From: the human T2T-CHM13v2.0 reference genome, Homo sapiens
Length of the DNA stretch: 64,000 nt
Assembly: GCF_009914755.1 (NCBI RefSeq)
Contig: NC_060928.1
Direction: 5' to 3' (one strand)
The notes below the pieces were generated by a model, which did not search any database, had not been told where the DNA came from, and saw only the letters and a list, made by a program, of their open reading frames with translations. Of this stretch, positions 17,837 through 38,068 are shown piece by piece. Every line of letters starts with the position of its first letter. The stretch's first letter is position 1. The position numbers were made by a program, and so were the translations under genes.

Positions 17837-18769
17837 TCAAATAAATAAGTAAACAAAATAAAATAATGGTCTTTAGAGATTTATGAAACCCTAATTATGT
17901 CTGCATGTGAGTTCTATGTCCAGCATTAGTAATAATTGTTTTTTTAAAAAAACAAAACAAGGCCGGGCACGGTGGCTCACAGCTGTAATCCCAGCACTTT
18001 GGGAGGCCAAGGCGGGTGGATCACCTGAGGTTGGGAGTTCGAGACCAGCCTGACCAACATGGAGAAACCCCATCTCTATTAAAAATACAAAATTAGCTGG
18101 GCATGGTGACACATGCCTGTAAACCCAGTTACTCAGGAGGCTGAGGCAGGAGGGAGAATCGCTTGAATCCGGGAGGTGGAGGTTGCAGTGAGCCAAGATC
18201 GGGCCATTGCACTCCAGCCTGGGCAAAAAGAGCGAAAACTGTCTCAATAAATAAATAAATAAATAAATAAATAACCAAAACCTAAAACACTTATTTACAA
18301 CTTGAAGACATGTCAAAAATGCTAAAACAGAGAAATTCTTTTATGACTATTAGCATTTTCTCAGAAAAGATCGTTTCTGGGAAGTATGAGCCCTTCCTGA
18401 AATTATCCTTCTATTTTGATTAATACAACTAAACTTTAATTCCTTGGATTGTCAATGTTTTGAGTTATCTACTGCTACATAACAAATACCTCAAAAGTTA
18501 GTGGTTTAAAACAACAATAACCACCTATGATATTTCACAATTCTGTGAGTTAACTGGGGTGATTCTTCTGCTCCATGTGTTATCAGCTGGCCTCCCAAAG
18601 TGCCAGACATGAGCCACTATGCCTTGCCATTCTCAGTTTTAATTTCTAATACAGTAAATATCAATAGATATAAGCCACATCAGCAAAAGTTCTTTGGGAT
18701 CGTCAGTACTTTTTGGGAGTATAAAAGGATCCTGAGATGAAAACATTTGAGAAGCCCTTCAATAGAGGC

Positions 18770-20560
<1,791 letters not shown>

Positions 20561-20939
20561 CTTTAGAGTGGTACTAATGTAAAGTCTCAACTGGTTTATA
20601 TGTCCCAGCTTTCTAAAGAAAAACTAATTTTAGTAAATTTCCAGTTTAAAAAATTAATAATTCTTGGAGAACTTTGTATGTTTTAATCTGTTTTCATCAA
20701 GAGTTCTTGGGTCTGTTAATATAATTTGAGGGTATTTAGCAGTTTAGTCATCTAAATCTGAAAACGTTTGGTTTCTGAATTGACTTCTCATATTGATGGT
20801 TATACCAGTGCAGATAGCAGTAGGATAGTCTTACCAAATAATCACCCTTTATTATTGCAGGGTAAACCAATTAGATGAACGGTACTAAGCCTGGCTGCAC
20901 ATTAGCACCACCTGGGGAGTATTTCAAACATACCAATAA

Positions 20940-21929
20940 ACGTCTCTAATAATCAGAAAAATGCAAAGTAAAACCACAAGGAGTTATCACCTCACTCATG
21001 TTACATTGGCTGTTATCAAATAGATGAGTGACAACAAGTATTGGCTGGGATGTGTAGAAAATAGAACCTTTCCTGGGTGTGGTGGTTCATGCCTGTAATC
21101 CCAGCACTTTGTTAGGCCAAGGCAGGTGGATCTCTTGAGCTCAAGAGTTTGAGACCAGCCTAAAGTAGAAATTTTGTCATTTGTGACAATATGGATGAAC
21201 CTAGAGTACATTATGCTAAATGAAATAAACCAGGCACAGAAAGATAAATACCACATAATCTCACTTATATGTGAAATCTTAAAAAGTCTAACTCATAGAA
21301 ATAGAGAGTAGAGTGATGGTTACCACAGGCTAGAGACAGGGGGATAGATGGGAAAAGGGGAGACATTGGGTCAAAGGGTACAACGTTTCAGTTAGACAAG
21401 AGAAATAAGTTCTGGTGTGCCATGTACAACATGGTGACTATAACTGTTAATAGTGTTTTGTAGATTTCGAAACAGCTAAAAGAGATTATTTTCAATGTTC
21501 TTACCAAAATAAATTATAAACATTTGAAGTGATGGATATGTTAATTAGGGTTAATTAGGCTGATTCGATCATTCCATAATGTCTGCATGTAAGGAAACAG
21601 TACATTGTACTCCATAAATGTATATAATCATTATTTGTCGGTCTGGTGTGGTGGTTCACACCTTTAATCCCACACTTTGGGAGACAAAGGAGGGAGGATT
21701 GCTTGAGCCCAGGTGTTTGAGACCTGCCTGGCAATGTAGCATGACCTTGTCTCTACAAATTTTTCTTTAAAACTTAGCCAAGCATTGTGGTACACGCTTG
21801 TAGTCCTAGCTACTCAAGCGGCTGAGGCAGGAGGATCACCTGAGCCCAGGAATTTGAGGCTGCAGTGAGCTGTGAGCTATGATCACACCACTGCACCCCA
21901 TCCTGAGTGACAGAGTGAGATCCTGTCTC

Positions 21930-21961
<32 letters not shown>

Positions 21962-21980
21962 GTCAATTAAAAATAAAGCA
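20940..21980 (+). mobile_element. L1MA/MB 3' end with Alu insertions
   Basis: atggatgaacctagagtacattatgctaaatgaaataaaccaggcacagaaag. Confidence 0.7.
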
Positions 21981-22961
21981 AAACTCAAACGTACCAACAT
22001 ACCAGTGGCATGACGTCTCACCAAGAGATTTTGGTTTGATTGGTCTGGAGGGAGCCATAGGCATTCTAGGTTTGAAAAGTTCTTCCTGATGATTTTAATT
22101 AGCAGTCAAGGGTAAATCACTGGATTAGAGGTATGATTTTGCTATGTTTTTCTAGCACAATTAAAAAATTCATTTTAGATTAAAACTCCCTTGAAGCAAA
22201 CCCCTATTAATTCACTGTGTTAGCTGACTAAGGAAATTTTTTGTGAGCCTTGCATATGTGCACAGGACATGTGGGATACTGAGGCTGAAGAGTATAAGAC
22301 AGCAAGTAGTGAGGGCCCCTGAAGAAGGAACCGGAACAACAGCTCGCAGAAAACCCATCAGAATAAGCAGAACAGCCTGATGTGAATTGGTGACTATGCT
22401 ATCTAGACTCAAGAAAGGATCTCAGGGTTCAGCAAGCCCCCCATCAACCTCCACTATCAACAAATCCTGAATTGACAAACCAAAGACTCATTTAGACTGA
22501 CCAATCACTTTACCTTATGTAGCTTTGTGGCTTCTGTCTTGATAAGCCCCTTGCCCTTGGTGGAGAGAGATGGACTTCCTGGGCTATTCTCCCTTTTGTA
22601 TCTCTCTATATGAGTAAACCCCCAGGGCTTTACCCCATTGTCTCTGAATTATTCTTTTGATGTCTCAGAACATTTGCTTACTTTTAATCACAATAAATCA
22701 CAATCTCAAATAAATAAGCACTTTGTTGAATTTGAGCTGTTTGCACAAGATAGGACAGACAGATGCAGACATGCGTTTGCAACCAATACTTTGCCTCTCA
22801 GTTACTAAGTCAGGCAAGATAAACCCACGGTCGTAAGTATTCACTCAAATGCCTTACCAAAAATGACCCTGACGCTTCTCTGGATTCTACCCACTGATGA
22901 AAATTCAGATTTTCCTGAATAGTGGAATAAGAAAATAAGACGTTTTCTGGGAAGCAAGGTA

Positions 22962-23015
<54 letters not shown>

Positions 23016-23309
23016 CTGAGACAGGGTCTCACTGTGTTGCCCAGGATGGAGTGCAATGGCACCATCTTGATTCACTGCAACCTCTGCTTCCCAGGTTCAA
23101 GCGAGCCTCTCACCTCAGCCTCCTGAGTAGCTAGGACTACAGGCATGTGCCACCATGCCCAGCTAATTTTTGTGTTTTTAGTAGAGATGAAGTTTCACCA
23201 TGTTGGCCAGGCTGGTCTTGAACTCCTGACCTCAAGTGATCCATGTGCCTCGGCCTCCCAAAGTGCTGGGATTACAGGCGTGAGCCACCGCGCCTGGTGG
23301 CAAGGTATA

Positions 23310-23850
23310 TTTTCTATGCTGTGGAACAAATTACAACAAACTTAGTGGATAAAGAAGCTGAGCATGGCTTTACTGGATCCTCTACTTAGGGTCTCACAAG
23401 CTTTATTCAAGGTGTTGGCCAGACTGCATTCTCATTTGGAGGCTCAACTAAGGAAGAACCTGCTTCCAAACTAACACAACTTATTTGAGAATGTATTTCC
23501 TTTTGAATATATTTTTGAAGACCCCGGCGTTTTGTAGCCATTTGTCGGAGGCTGTTGGCAGATCCTACAGGGCACCCATCATTCCTTATGTGAGTTTCCT
23601 TAACATAGCTCCTAGCTTGTCCAGCCAGCAAGGAAAATCTCTCTTTCTTCAGTCTACTAACATGGAATTTTATATAATGTAATATAATCACAAGAGTAAC
23701 ACCCCATCACCTGTGTCATAGTTTCTTGGTTAGAAGCAAGTCACAGGTCCCACCTACACTCATGGGGAGATCACACAAAGGCACAAACACCATGAGGTGG
23801 AAAATCACTGGGGTTGGGGGTCACTATAGGGATAGGGTCTGCTTGTCACA
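23310..23850 (-). mobile_element. MLT1 (MaLR) LTR
   Basis: aaggtgttggccagactgcattctcatttggaggct; ttagaagcaagtcacaggtcc. Confidence 0.65.
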
Positions 23851-24057
23851 CAAGAAAGAGCCATAGATTGTATATAGACAATCCAAACAGATAATACAGT
23901 CATGGGTATAACTGGAAAGAATCCTAGGTGGAGGCAGAAATCATGGGCTCCAGTCCTGGCTGTGTTAGTAACTTAGATCACATATACACAGCAAGTTCTC
24001 TAAACCTCAATTTCCTTAGTTTATAAATAAAATAAGGTTGTGGAGACAGCTTTGGAT

Positions 24058-24570
24058 TGCCAAGACCAGCTTGGCTGGGGAGACCCTAACCCAGCAGCGC
24101 TAGAGGAATTAAAGACACACACACAGAAATATAGAGGTGTGAAGTGGGAAATCAGGGGTCTCACAGCCTTCAGAGCTGAGAGCCCTGAACAGAGATTTAC
24201 CCACGTATTTATTAACAGCAAGCCAGTCATTAGCATTGTTTCTATAGATATTAAATTAACTAAAAGTATCCCTTATGGGAAATGAAGGGATGGGCCAAAT
24301 TAAAGGAATAGGTTGGGCTAGTTAACTGTAGCAGGAGTGTGTCCTTAAGGCACAGATCGCTCATGCAATTGTTTGTGGCTTAAGAATGCCTTTAAGCAGT
24401 TTTCTGCCCTGGGCGGGCCAGATGTTCCTTGCCCTCATTCTGGAAAGCCCACCACCTTCCAGCATGGGCGTTATGGCCATGATGAACACGTCACAGTGCT
24501 GCAGAGATTTTGTTTATGGCCAGTTTTGGGGCCAGTTTATGTCCAGATTTTGGGGGGCTTGTTCCCAACA
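24058..24570 (-). mobile_element. MER9 (HERV-K9/HML-3) solo LTR
   Basis: tgttgggaacaagccccccaaaatctgg start; exact 6-bp TSD ttggat. Confidence 0.88.
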
Positions 24571-24744
24571 TTGGATGTTAATTACATAAATGCATAGTAA
24601 AATATCATGGAAGCACTATCATTCACCTTTTGCATAAGTTAGAAATGATCCCACTAAAAGCTTATGAGTTTATGGTAGAATTGGTATGCCCAGTTCTGAA
24701 GAGCAACCTGGCAATACGTATCATGCCATTAAAATGTTCATACC

Positions 24745-25235
24745 TGTGATGGTTAACTTTACGTGTCAACTTGATTGAGCCACAGGATATTTAGATATTT
24801 GGTTAAATATTATATGTGGGTGTGTCTGTAAAGATGTTTCTGGATGAGATATGACATTTGAATCTGTAGGCTGAGTAAAGGAGATTGTCCTTGCCAAGGT
24901 GAGTGGACCTCATCCAATCTGTTGAAAGCCTGAATATAATAAAAGGCTGAATAAGAAAGAGTTATTTTTCTCTGTCTCACTGCCTTTGAGCAGGGACATT
25001 GGTTTTTTCCTGCCTACTCAAACATGAACTGGAACTGACTCCGTTGGATCTTCTGAGTCTCAGGCCTTTGGACTTAGACTGTAACTGACACCATTGGCTC
25101 TCCTGGTTCTCTAGCTTGCCAGCTGCAGATCTTAGGACTTTTCAGCCTCCATAATCATGTAAGCCAATTCTTAATAGTAAATACTTATGTAAATTTCATA
25201 TTGGTTCTGTTTCTCTGAAGCACCTAGACTAATAC
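24745..25235 (+). mobile_element. MLT2 (ERV-L) LTR
   Basis: tgtgatggttaactttacgtgtcaacttga...ctagactaataca. Confidence 0.8.
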
Positions 25236-25344
25236 AACATCCTTTGTCAAAGTAATCCCATTCCTGGGAATTTATACCACTAAAATGTAAAATTCAAAAG
25301 ATTTGTGTAAAATAAGCTGTATGCACTATGTTATTAACTACAGT

Positions 25345-25815
25345 GTTTTTTTTTTTTATTTTACTTTAAGTTCTTGGCTACATGTGCTGAACATGCAGGT
25401 TTGTTACACATATGTATACACATAGGTATACATGTGCCATGGTGGTTCGCTGCACCTATCAACCTGTCATCTAGGTTTTTGTTTTTTTTTTTTTTTGAGA
25501 TGGAATCTCGCTCTGTCACCCAGGCTGGAGTGCAGTGGCGCGATCTCAAGCTCCGCCTCCCGGGTTCACGCCATTCTCCTGCCTCAGCCTCCCGAGTAGC
25601 TGGAACTACAGGCACCCGCCCGGCTAATTTTTTGTATTTTTTTAGTAGAGACGGGGTTTCGCCGTGTTAGCCAGGATGGTCTCGATCTCCTGACCTCGTG
25701 ATCCGCCCGCCTCAGCCTCCTAAAGTGCTGGGATTACAGGCGTGAGCCACCGCGCCCGGCTGTTATCTAGGTTTTAAGCCCCGCATGCATTAGGTATTTG
25801 TCCTAACACTCTCCC
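25345..25815 (-). mobile_element. L1PA 3' end interrupted by AluY (~25477-25761)
   Basis: tactttaagttct...catgtgccatggtggttcgctgcacc; TSD atctaggtttt. Confidence 0.8.
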
Positions 25816-25979
25816 TAGTGTTATTTCTAATAATGAAAAAGTGGAAATAATACACATGTTTAACAATTGGAGAAGGGCTGCATAGATTATAGCACACTCA
25901 CTTCAAAGAAAATTATGCAAGCATTAAACTAATTATCATGAAGAATACAGAATCACAAGGGAAGCACATGGGAAAGGGT

Positions 25980-26773
25980 TTACAATTAGATATTAATTTA
26001 TTTTTTTAAAAGTAGAACATAAAATTATATAAACACTACAGTAACAAGTAAGAAAAAGTAAATAATGAAGAAAATCCATATGCTTGGGTCATGGAATTAC
26101 AATACAATTTTTAAAAATAACTTTCCTTTACCAATAGACATTGTTAAAGACAATAAATAAAAAGTATAAAATAGGCTGGGTGCGGTGGCTCATGCCTGTA
26201 ATCCCAGCACTTTGGGAGGCTGAGGAGGGTGGATCACCTGAGGTTGGGAGTTCAAGACCAGCCTGACCAACATGGAGAAACCCTGTGTCTACTAAAAATA
26301 CAAAATTAGCCTGGTGTGGTGGTGCATGCCTGTAATCCCAGCTACTCAGGAGGCTGAGGCAGGAGAATCGCCTGGGAGGCGGACTTTGCGGTGAGCCGAG
26401 ATCGCGCCAATGCACTCCAGCCTGGGCAACAAGAGAGAAACTCCATCTCAAAAAAACGTATAAAATGAAAACAATGAGAGAGTTACATTGTCAGTGGTTC
26501 TTAACTGAAGTGGACTTTAGAATTTGAAAACACTATACCTAAGTTCTACTTTGTGAAGATTGTGAGGTGGGGTTGGGGCACTCATATACTTAAAACACAT
26601 ACATACACAACACCCCAACCCACCCCTCCACACTGAAATACACAGGTGATTCTGATGCATATGGATAGGTAAATTTTCAGCATAAAGTTTCACATGGAGA
26701 ATAAGGGAGATAGTCTAGTGAGAAGCTGAGCATTGCCTATGAGGCACTTTGGGTGATGAAGACCAGGCTGTTC
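25980..26773 (-). other. PPEF2: PPEF2 3' UTR containing an antisense AluSp-like element (~26174-26456)
   Basis: Runs from the stop codon to the minus-strand AATAAA; cleavage site approximate. Confidence 0.7.
25997..26002 (-). terminator. Candidate PPEF2 polyadenylation signal AATAAA
   Basis: tttatt on the + strand, ~770 nt past the stop. Confidence 0.65.
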
Positions 26774-27027
26774 TTAGTGTGCACCTGGACTGCTGCAGCC
26801 ACTGTCTTTAGCATTTGTAGCTTGTGGGCATTCTGAGGCATCGCCCTCTGGGCAGGATTTCTCCACAAGGCGGAAGGCCTCCAGGAACTCATTGATATCA
26901 ATGTGGCCATCTTTGTTGAAATCAATGCTCCGAGCAAGGTCACAGATGCAGTCATCTGTAATGTCGATATTCATGTGAGAGCTGAACAGCTTCCAGGTCT
27001 GCCTGAACTCGTCCAGTGAGATGAACC
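26774..27027 (-). CDS. PPEF2: PPEF2 exon 17 coding part (GFISLDEF...DFNKDGHIDINEF...PGAH*)
   Basis: EF-hand loop DFNKDGHIDINE; TAA at 26774-26776; total CDS 2262 nt. Confidence 0.96.
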
Positions 27028-27204
27028 CTTATCAGAGGGAGGAAATCACTTCAGTGAGTTAGTCTAGTTTTTAATGTTCATTTTCTCTGACATTCTTACA
27101 AGGACACCTGCTCCCTACTGCTCAACAGAGAGACACACAAATCCTAGTATCTAATTTAAACTCCCAAGAGGATCACACAAACCCACTGGCTCACCAATGA
27201 TTTT

Positions 27205-27410
27205 CAGCTGGGAGTAATTGTGCTCCCCTCCCTCCAGGGGACATTTGGCAATGTCTGGAGACATTGTTGTTTGTTATGACTAAGATGGAGGTGAGGTGCT
27301 ACTGGCATCTAATAAATAAAGGCCAGACATGCTGCCAAACATCTTATAATGCACAAGATGGACCCTAAAACAAAGAATTATCAACAGTACCACTGTTGAG
27401 AAACCCTGCA
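27205..27410 (+). mobile_element. MER20 DNA transposon
   Basis: ccaggggacatttggcaatgtctggagacatt...gttgagaaaccctg. Confidence 0.8.
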
Positions 27411-27449
27411 TTTAATCATCTCAAACATATCCTAATTTATTCTGGCCAT

Positions 27450-30045
<2,596 letters not shown>

Positions 30046-30189
30046 CAATAATAACATTGAAAAAAGCCTTTGGACCATTGCGGGAACAGGATGAGGATGT
30101 ACAGGACCTCACCATATTTTTTTTTATAACTTCCTGTGAATCTATAATTATTTCAAAATTTAAAGTTAAAAAAAACATTTTGAGAGTGA

Positions 30190-30594
<405 letters not shown>

Positions 30595-30848
30595 TAATAA
30601 TTATTCTTCCTATAAGAAGCTCTCATTCAGTTTGTCTTCATTCTTCTCTGCCCCACTTCTTTCTCTATGGGCTGCTGATACTACTCAAGTACTTTCCTAG
30701 TTTCTGTCATTTATAAGCACTAATCTTCTTACCTTGCTCTCCAAATGCCTGAGTGGAGATGAATGAGGATGAATCAGGAAGGAGATTAAGGGTTTAAGGT
30801 AAAATACTTGCAGTGCTTCAAAAGTGATAGAATAATGAGTGCCTTTAC

Positions 30849-30936
30849 CTGAATGATCACTGTCTATGATCCTAAAAATGGTCTCTAGGTTGGATCGGTT
30901 TCGATACAATGTTTCCAGCAAACTTGATTGTATGTT
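30849..30936 (-). CDS. PPEF2: PPEF2 exon 16 (NIQSSLLETLY...IIDSDHS), start of an EF-hand
   Basis: ttgcag acceptor, GTAAAG donor, 88 nt. Confidence 0.95.
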
Positions 30937-31166
30937 CTGCAAGAAAAAATTCATTTTCCTTCTTTGTCATATGTTTAGGCTTGTTCCAATACATAATTAA
31001 CACACAATCAACCCTGACAATCACACATTCTTGAAAAAACCTGAAAATATTTTGCCATCCCTCCATTCCCTCTACCCAGTTCAGCCCATCAAATAATCTA
31101 GTGGTTTAAGAAGCACCTCACCCATGATGAAAATCTTCTAAAATTGACTGGTGATGGTTGCACATA

Positions 31167-31810
<644 letters not shown>

Positions 31811-32597
31811 TTTTTAAACAGAGTCTTGCTGTGTTGCCCAGGCTGGAGTGCAGTGGCATGGTCTTGGCTCACTGCAACCTCTGCCTCCTGGGTTCAAGCA
31901 ATTCTCCCACCTCGCCTCCCAATAGCTGGGTCTACAGGCATATGCCACCACACCCAGCTAATTTTTGTATTTTTAGAAGAGACGGGGTTTCATCGTGTTG
32001 GCCAGGCTGGTCTCGAACTCCTGGCCTCAAGTGATCCACCCTCCTCAGCCTCCCAAAGTGCTAGGATTACAGGAGTGAGCCACCGCACCCAGCTGAATTA
32101 TACACTTTAAATGGATGAATTGCATGGTATGTAAATTATATTGCAGTAACACTGTTAAAAGAAGTACCTAGCCCAAGGTTGCACATACGTTACATATTTT
32201 ATAAGCAGTTATTGAATAAATACTTTTTAAGTAGGGTAAGCACCATGGTGTTGAAGAAAGAAAATGGGCCTTGAGGTAAGACAGACCTTGGCTTGAGTCC
32301 CAACTTAGTCGTTCTATGACCTCAGGCAAGTTGCTAACCTCTGTGGGCAGTGTCCTCATACGTGTAATGGTGCTGATAATATGTACTTCTTGGAGTGGTT
32401 TTGAGGATTAACTGAGGCAATGTATGAAAACCACTTAACACAAAAGCCTGACACATAGAAACTCAAGAAATAGTTATTCCCCTTTCTCACCCATCCAGCT
32501 TTTTGGGTTATTACTAGTTGGTTGTTTCTGAATCAAATTCTCTCTAAGGAGTATCATAGTCCACATGTGCTCTCATCCACCATTACCACACCGTTAC

Positions 32598-32761
32598 CTC
32601 GCGACTCAGTTGTTCCTTGGCCAAGTTCTTCAGCCAAGACTTGTACTCCAGCATGTTGTCTGCTGAGCTGTTCACCAGCTGTGGCCTCAGCATCCGCCAT
32701 GGCAGTCCTAGGTGCAACACAGACTCCACCGCTGCTGCCCAGTCACTCAAGGTGATTAAAC
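32598..32761 (-). CDS. PPEF2: PPEF2 exon 15 (GLITLSDWAAAVE...LSRE)
   Basis: tgtag acceptor, GTAACG donor, 164 nt. Confidence 0.95.
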
Positions 32762-32887
32762 CTACAGGTGAGAGCTAACCTGTTGCCTTGTCACCTAGAA
32801 GTCTAGTTTCCTGCCCAATGGTGTGTATATTTTTATCCTGACATCCTTCTTACTATCTGCAGGTAATAGAAATAATGGGCACTGTCA

Positions 32888-32928
32888 CTATTTTTGTTGA
32901 TAGTAGCAGAGTTGGCTGGAAGCTAGGC
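32888..32928 (-). CDS. PPEF2: Alternative upstream acceptor of exon 15; short-isoform C-terminus GLASSQLCYYQQK* (598 aa, lacks distal EF-hands)
   Basis: ttttatctggcag acceptor in matching phase, TAG at 32888-32890; agrees with my recollection of PPEF-2(S). Confidence 0.85.
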
Positions 32929-33093
32929 CTGCCAGATAAAATACAAGATGTCCAGTTAAATTTTAATTGAAGACAGACAGTAAAGTATATAAAAGTGCCA
33001 AATATTGCATAAAAATTATTTGTTGTCTGTTTGTCTGTAATTCAAACTTATTGAGGCATTTTACATTTTTGTTTACTAAATCTGGCAATACTT
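32924..33093. mobile_element. MER53 palindromic DNA transposon (MITE)
   Basis: Termini tagg..tgccagataaaatac and aaatctggcaa; central ccaaatattgca. Confidence 0.75.
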
Positions 33094-33721
33094 CTGCAAG
33101 CCACATAAAAGTCTTGTAAATGATATCATAAAATATTATATATCTACAGCATTGGTTATTTAAAAAAAATTAAACCACCTAAATTCCTTAGAATATATCC
33201 ACTGAAACTCTTGGAAGGCTACAGTATGTGTACGTGAAAAGATATTACTATGAATTCATAAATGTTACTGCTGTTTTTAAATAGGAATATATTTTGTCAA
33301 TGTCCATTAGAAATTCCATTAGTTGAGCAGACAACATTTTTAGCTTGGATAATAAATCATGAAATACCTAGGTAAACACAGACTCAGCTTCAACAACTCA
33401 AGTCATTCATCTTTTGCCAGTCTTATACTCTTATAACTTCTCCCACTTGTTCTTTGCTTGGTTCTGGCCATGTTATCCTTCCCTGACTCTATTTCTTTTC
33501 ACCCTCTCTATTTGGCTAAGTTCGTATTTTGTTAAAAGCTTACAATTTTAAAATTTAGTTAGAATAAATGAGACATTAAGTTGAATAAAATGGAGGATAT
33601 AGCCAAAGGGAACTTTGGGTCACTCATTAAAGCAACAAATATTTATTTGCTAACTAGTGTAAGACAGAGATTTTCTGGCTAGCTTCCTTCCTCTGTGAAT
33701 CTTTAACTTGATCATTCTTAC

Positions 33722-33828
33722 CGACTTTATCTGCATCATGCTTCTTAAATTCACTGAGAAGATCTGAAGAATGAGCAAACAGCTTCTCCCTCAGAGCTCT
33801 CAGAGCCGACTCCTCCACTCTGCTAATC
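33722..33828 (-). CDS. PPEF2: PPEF2 exon 14 (RISRVEESAL...KHDADKV)
   Basis: cccag acceptor, GTAAGA donor, 107 nt. Confidence 0.95.
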
Positions 33829-34324
33829 CTGGGACAGGAGATGAAAAGCGACATTTTAACACACTGGTATAGAAAAAATACTTAGAGATTTTACTATATT
33901 TCCACTCTCTCTTTCTTAACATATCAGTCTCCCAAGAGCTCAGTTTTTGAGGGAGAGCGCCTTTACTCTTCCCTGTTGTACACAAACAGGATGAGTATGG
34001 GGAATGCCGCTGTCCTTCCTGGTATGGGACAGTGGTTAGAGAAGAAGTTCTGGAGAAGGATCACCTCTGTGGTAAAGTTATCTAATCATCCTTTGCTTCA
34101 GTTTTCCCACCTATAAAACAGTGATTAAAATGGTACCTGTCTCCACTTCACAGGATTATTGTGAAGATTACAATGAGTAATTTCATGTACAGCACTTAGA
34201 AGAAAGCCTGGCACATAGAAAGCACTCACCAAATAGTATCTATTATCACAACTGTTGTGCATTTCTTGTAATTTATTATCATGTGAAACAGAAGGCAAAA
34301 TTTATGAATAACAAAATAACACTA

Positions 34325-34815
<491 letters not shown>

Positions 34816-34895
34816 CTATAAATAATGACCAGATAACCTATCTTTTCCCGTGTTAAAAGTTAAAAAAAACTAAATCATGTTTGATGAAAATCTTA

Positions 34896-35111
<216 letters not shown>

Positions 35112-35142
35112 TCAAAAAACACAAAAAACTGTGAACCAGTTA

Positions 35143-35376
<234 letters not shown>

Positions 35377-35908
35377 CTATGATCATGCTACTATACCCTG
35401 GCCTTGGTGACAGAGCAAGGCCCTGTCTCTACAAAAGGAAAAGAAAGTGTGAACCACCTAAAACTCACCCCAAATTTCACAGGTATGTGAGCATATGTGA
35501 ATTTTTTGTAGACAGTTTGTTGTTTTATCAGAGGCTAACAGAAGTATGGGACTCCTAAAAAGTTTAAGAACCACTAGTTAGACAAAGCATTTAAGCTGCT
35601 CCTGGTAATCTGTAGTCATGGAGAGTTATGCAGGGATGGAGTAGGGCAATGCCCTTGAAAGCTATCTGGATGTACAAGGCTTTCCTGTCCCTACGTCAAG
35701 TAACACTTAGTAAGCACTTACTAAATGCAGAGCTCTACATGGATTATCTCATTAAATCCCTCAACACTCATTGAAGAAAGAACGATAACATGAAGTCCAT
35801 TATGCCCATTACAGACAGAGATAGTAATTAGGTCAAGGTCACATAGCTACCAAGGAGTGAGGCCAGATACCTATCTGGCTATGCTGGCTCCAAGCTGGCT
35901 CTCTATTA

Positions 35909-36088
<180 letters not shown>

Positions 36089-37239
36089 CTACGTCTCTAC
36101 AAAAAATTTAAAAAATTAGCTGGGCATGGTGGCGCACGCCTGTAGTACCAGGTGTGAGGTAGCTGAAGTGGGAGGATCTCTTAAGACTAGCAGGTCGAGG
36201 CTGCAGTGATCTGTCATCCTGCCACTGTACTACAGCCTGGGTGACACAGCGAGATCCTGTCTCACAAAAAGAAAAAAAAAAGAGAAAAGAAAAACAAGGA
36301 TGTTATCTTCGGTTTATGGACATTGAGACATCATCAATTATGGCTGCTCAGAGACATTTCCCTCCTTTTTTCTAAGTTCTCCATTATGCTTCATACAGTT
36401 GAAGTCACTGGATAAGTGATTTCTGGGTAAATCAGGTGATGTTGTACTTATTTAATGCAATCAATGAAGGTTTCAAAGAGTTGAATGCTTTTTGACTATC
36501 TTATTGAAACACACTATTCACTGTAGGGAATCCTACATTACTATTACATTACTACATTACTATTACTACTGTAGGGAATCCTAGAGTGACTCTTTTTGCA
36601 GTGACAACCCCTAAATCCTATGGGATCATAGTTCTGCACTCCAGGTACCAGGGCTCACCCCTGGAGATTCTAATTTGGTAGGGCTGGATGAGGCTCAAAT
36701 GGCTGATTTTTTATAAAGCTCCAAGATGATTTTGCTGCACAGTAGGTCTGACATTCACTTGGTAGGTTTATATTTTTACATAATTCTTCTTTTTAAGTGA
36801 GGCTGGCCTATATTTAATAACTTGAGAATGATTTAAAATAATGCACTTTTACAGCACTCACACAAGGGTAAATGCTAAATACTAACATGTTCTCTATCCA
36901 CCTGATTTATGCTAGCTTTGCCGATCTTAATTTCTAACTCTGTTAGGCTGAATACTTAAAGAAGCATGTTCAATAGCACTAAAACTGTATCTGTTAGCAT
37001 CTTATATACTCTGAGGCCATCTTCGTTGTAGGAGGCAATATTGCATAGACATTAAAAGAGTGGGTTCTGAAATAGAATTGCCTCGGTCAAGGACTACCTT
37101 CACTCAAGGACTAGCTGTGTGACCACAGGTCAGATGATTTAACATCGGTTCTTTAATAATCTCTTCTACAAAACTGAAATTAATAACAATATCTGTTGCA
37201 TAAATTTACTGTGAGGCTACCCATATAAATTCTTTATAA

Positions 37240-37719
<480 letters not shown>

Positions 37720-37882
37720 TGAATTTCACCTGCAAAATCTCCAGACAGTGAAAGAACCTCTGGCTGTGGCTTGTAGGGGTAACACAAACCCGTTAAAGAT
37801 GAGAGAAAATAGAAGAGTAACCTCAGAAAGACTTAGTGGTTTAGTAAGCAGACTTTACCCAAGACGCAGCCATGGAGAATAA

Positions 37883-38068
<186 letters not shown>

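Noticed and set aside
32924-33093. miR-1302-type hairpin in MER53
   Set aside because: The central gggacatacttat segment is deleted or degenerate
36520-36583. Repeat-spacer-repeat resembling a CRISPR unit
   Set aside because: Only two 16-bp repeats with a low-complexity spacer in human DNA and no cas genes
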